From the IMG/VR virus record IMGVR_UViG_3300042473_001368: a DNA stretch of 64,000 nucleotides; one strand, written 5' to 3'. Below, in pieces: positions 63,165 to 64,000 of the stretch; position 1 is the first letter of the stretch; each line of letters begins with the position of its first letter. A model generated the notes under the pieces. That model ran no database searches. It had not been told where the DNA came from and saw only the letters and a list, made by a program, of their open reading frames with translations. This stretch comes from a virus. The position numbers and the translations under genes were made by a program.

Positions 63165-63458
63165 ATGAAACTTGCATCTATTGAAACTATCAAAACCGTT
63201 GAGCAGCATTCAAATGCTGATGCTCTCGACATTGTAACTGTGCTTGGCTATCGCTGCATCGTTGGACGTGGTGCCTTCTCTCAAGGAGATAAGGTAGTTC
63301 TAATCCAACCTGATACTGTATTGCCTGACGAGCCATGGGCTGAAATGTTCCGTAAACGCAGCAACAGAGTGAAAGCTTGTCGTCTGCGTGGTGAATGGAG
63401 CTATTCAATAGTACTACCGTTATCAATTCTTCAAAATTACGGTGAACTTATCGAGTGA
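63165..63458 (+). CDS. N-terminal fragment of Rnl2/DRB0094-family RNA ligase
   Basis: MKLASI...HSNADAL...LGYRCIV...GDKVV...DTVLP...RVKACRLRGEWS..IVLPLS then stop; no adenylation motif. Confidence 0.65.
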   Translation: MKLASIETIKTVEQHSNADALDIVTVLGYRCIVGRGAFSQGDKVVLIQPDTVLPDEPWAEMFRKRSNRVKACRLRGEWSYSIVLPLSILQNYGELIE

Positions 63459-63498
63459 AAGCTATATGATTTTGTGGGGTGTAGTATAAATATGTTAT

Positions 63499-64000
63499 AT
63501 GAACTACACTAAGATATATAACTCACTAATAACTCAGGCAAAAAACAGACAGGTAGATATCAACCAGTATTATGAGCGACACCATATAGTACCTAAATGC
63601 TGTAACGGAGAAGATACAGAATCAAATACGGTACTTTTAACAGGTAGGGAGCATTACATTGCACATCTTTTATTGTGGAAGATGTTTCCGTCTAACAGCA
63701 AACTATTGTTTGCCTTTAGGATGATGTCGCATGCTAACAATAACGGTTTACGAACATATAAGTATAATGCTAGGTTGTACGAAGCTGCACGGCAATCACT
63801 TTCAACGTATCTTAAAACTAATAAAGAGATAGGTAAAAAGGTATCTGAAGCACTTAAAGGTAGAAAGCAAAATGCTGAGCATGTTAAAAAGCGTATGGAT
63901 AGTAGAAAACGAAACGGTAAAAAATATACCACTGAACATATCGAGAAATACCGTAACGGAACTTTACGTGCACTTGCACGGGGCTGGAAACCTAATACAA
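63499..64000 (+). mobile_element. HNH (Mob-like) homing endonuclease, partial
   Basis: YERHHIVPKC..G.D..SN.V.LT.REHYIAH.LL; TATAAATA 63485-63492; runs off window. Confidence 0.88.

Overview
AT-rich segment of a large T4-like myophage genome; the host cannot be determined from this window. 1-33 kb is a mostly minus-strand late module: large PKD-type virion proteins, baseplate gp6/gp25/gp53/gp26-like genes, tail tube, sheath, gp3, terminase large subunit and neck gp14. A clamp loader, dUTPase and a displaced small-terminase-like gene are embedded in it, and many genes carry T4-type ATAAATA late promoters. 33-40.4 kb is a glycan module: two glycosyltransferases, a sulfotransferase, a repeat fibre protein and an RmlA/RmlB/NRS-ER rhamnose pathway. 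44.5-52.6 kb holds 31 tRNA genes covering all 20 amino acids, interleaved with about a dozen structured non-tRNA RNAs, including CCA-ended non-cloverleaf RNAs, expanded or rearranged tRNA-like RNAs and recurring H-type pseudoknots. 52.7-64 kb holds small genes behind a distinctive AA[CTG]GAAC-N5-TATAAT promoter motif. This part includes a 67-nt tmRNA-like RNA that lacks the mRNA domain and a Prs-like/NAMPT-like (NARP1-type) NAD pathway whose NAMPT-like gene is split by an antisense homing endonuclease. Four free-standing homing endonucleases are present, and three of them sit in or at the end of functional genes. All calls come from reading the sequence by eye; no searches or folding programs were run.
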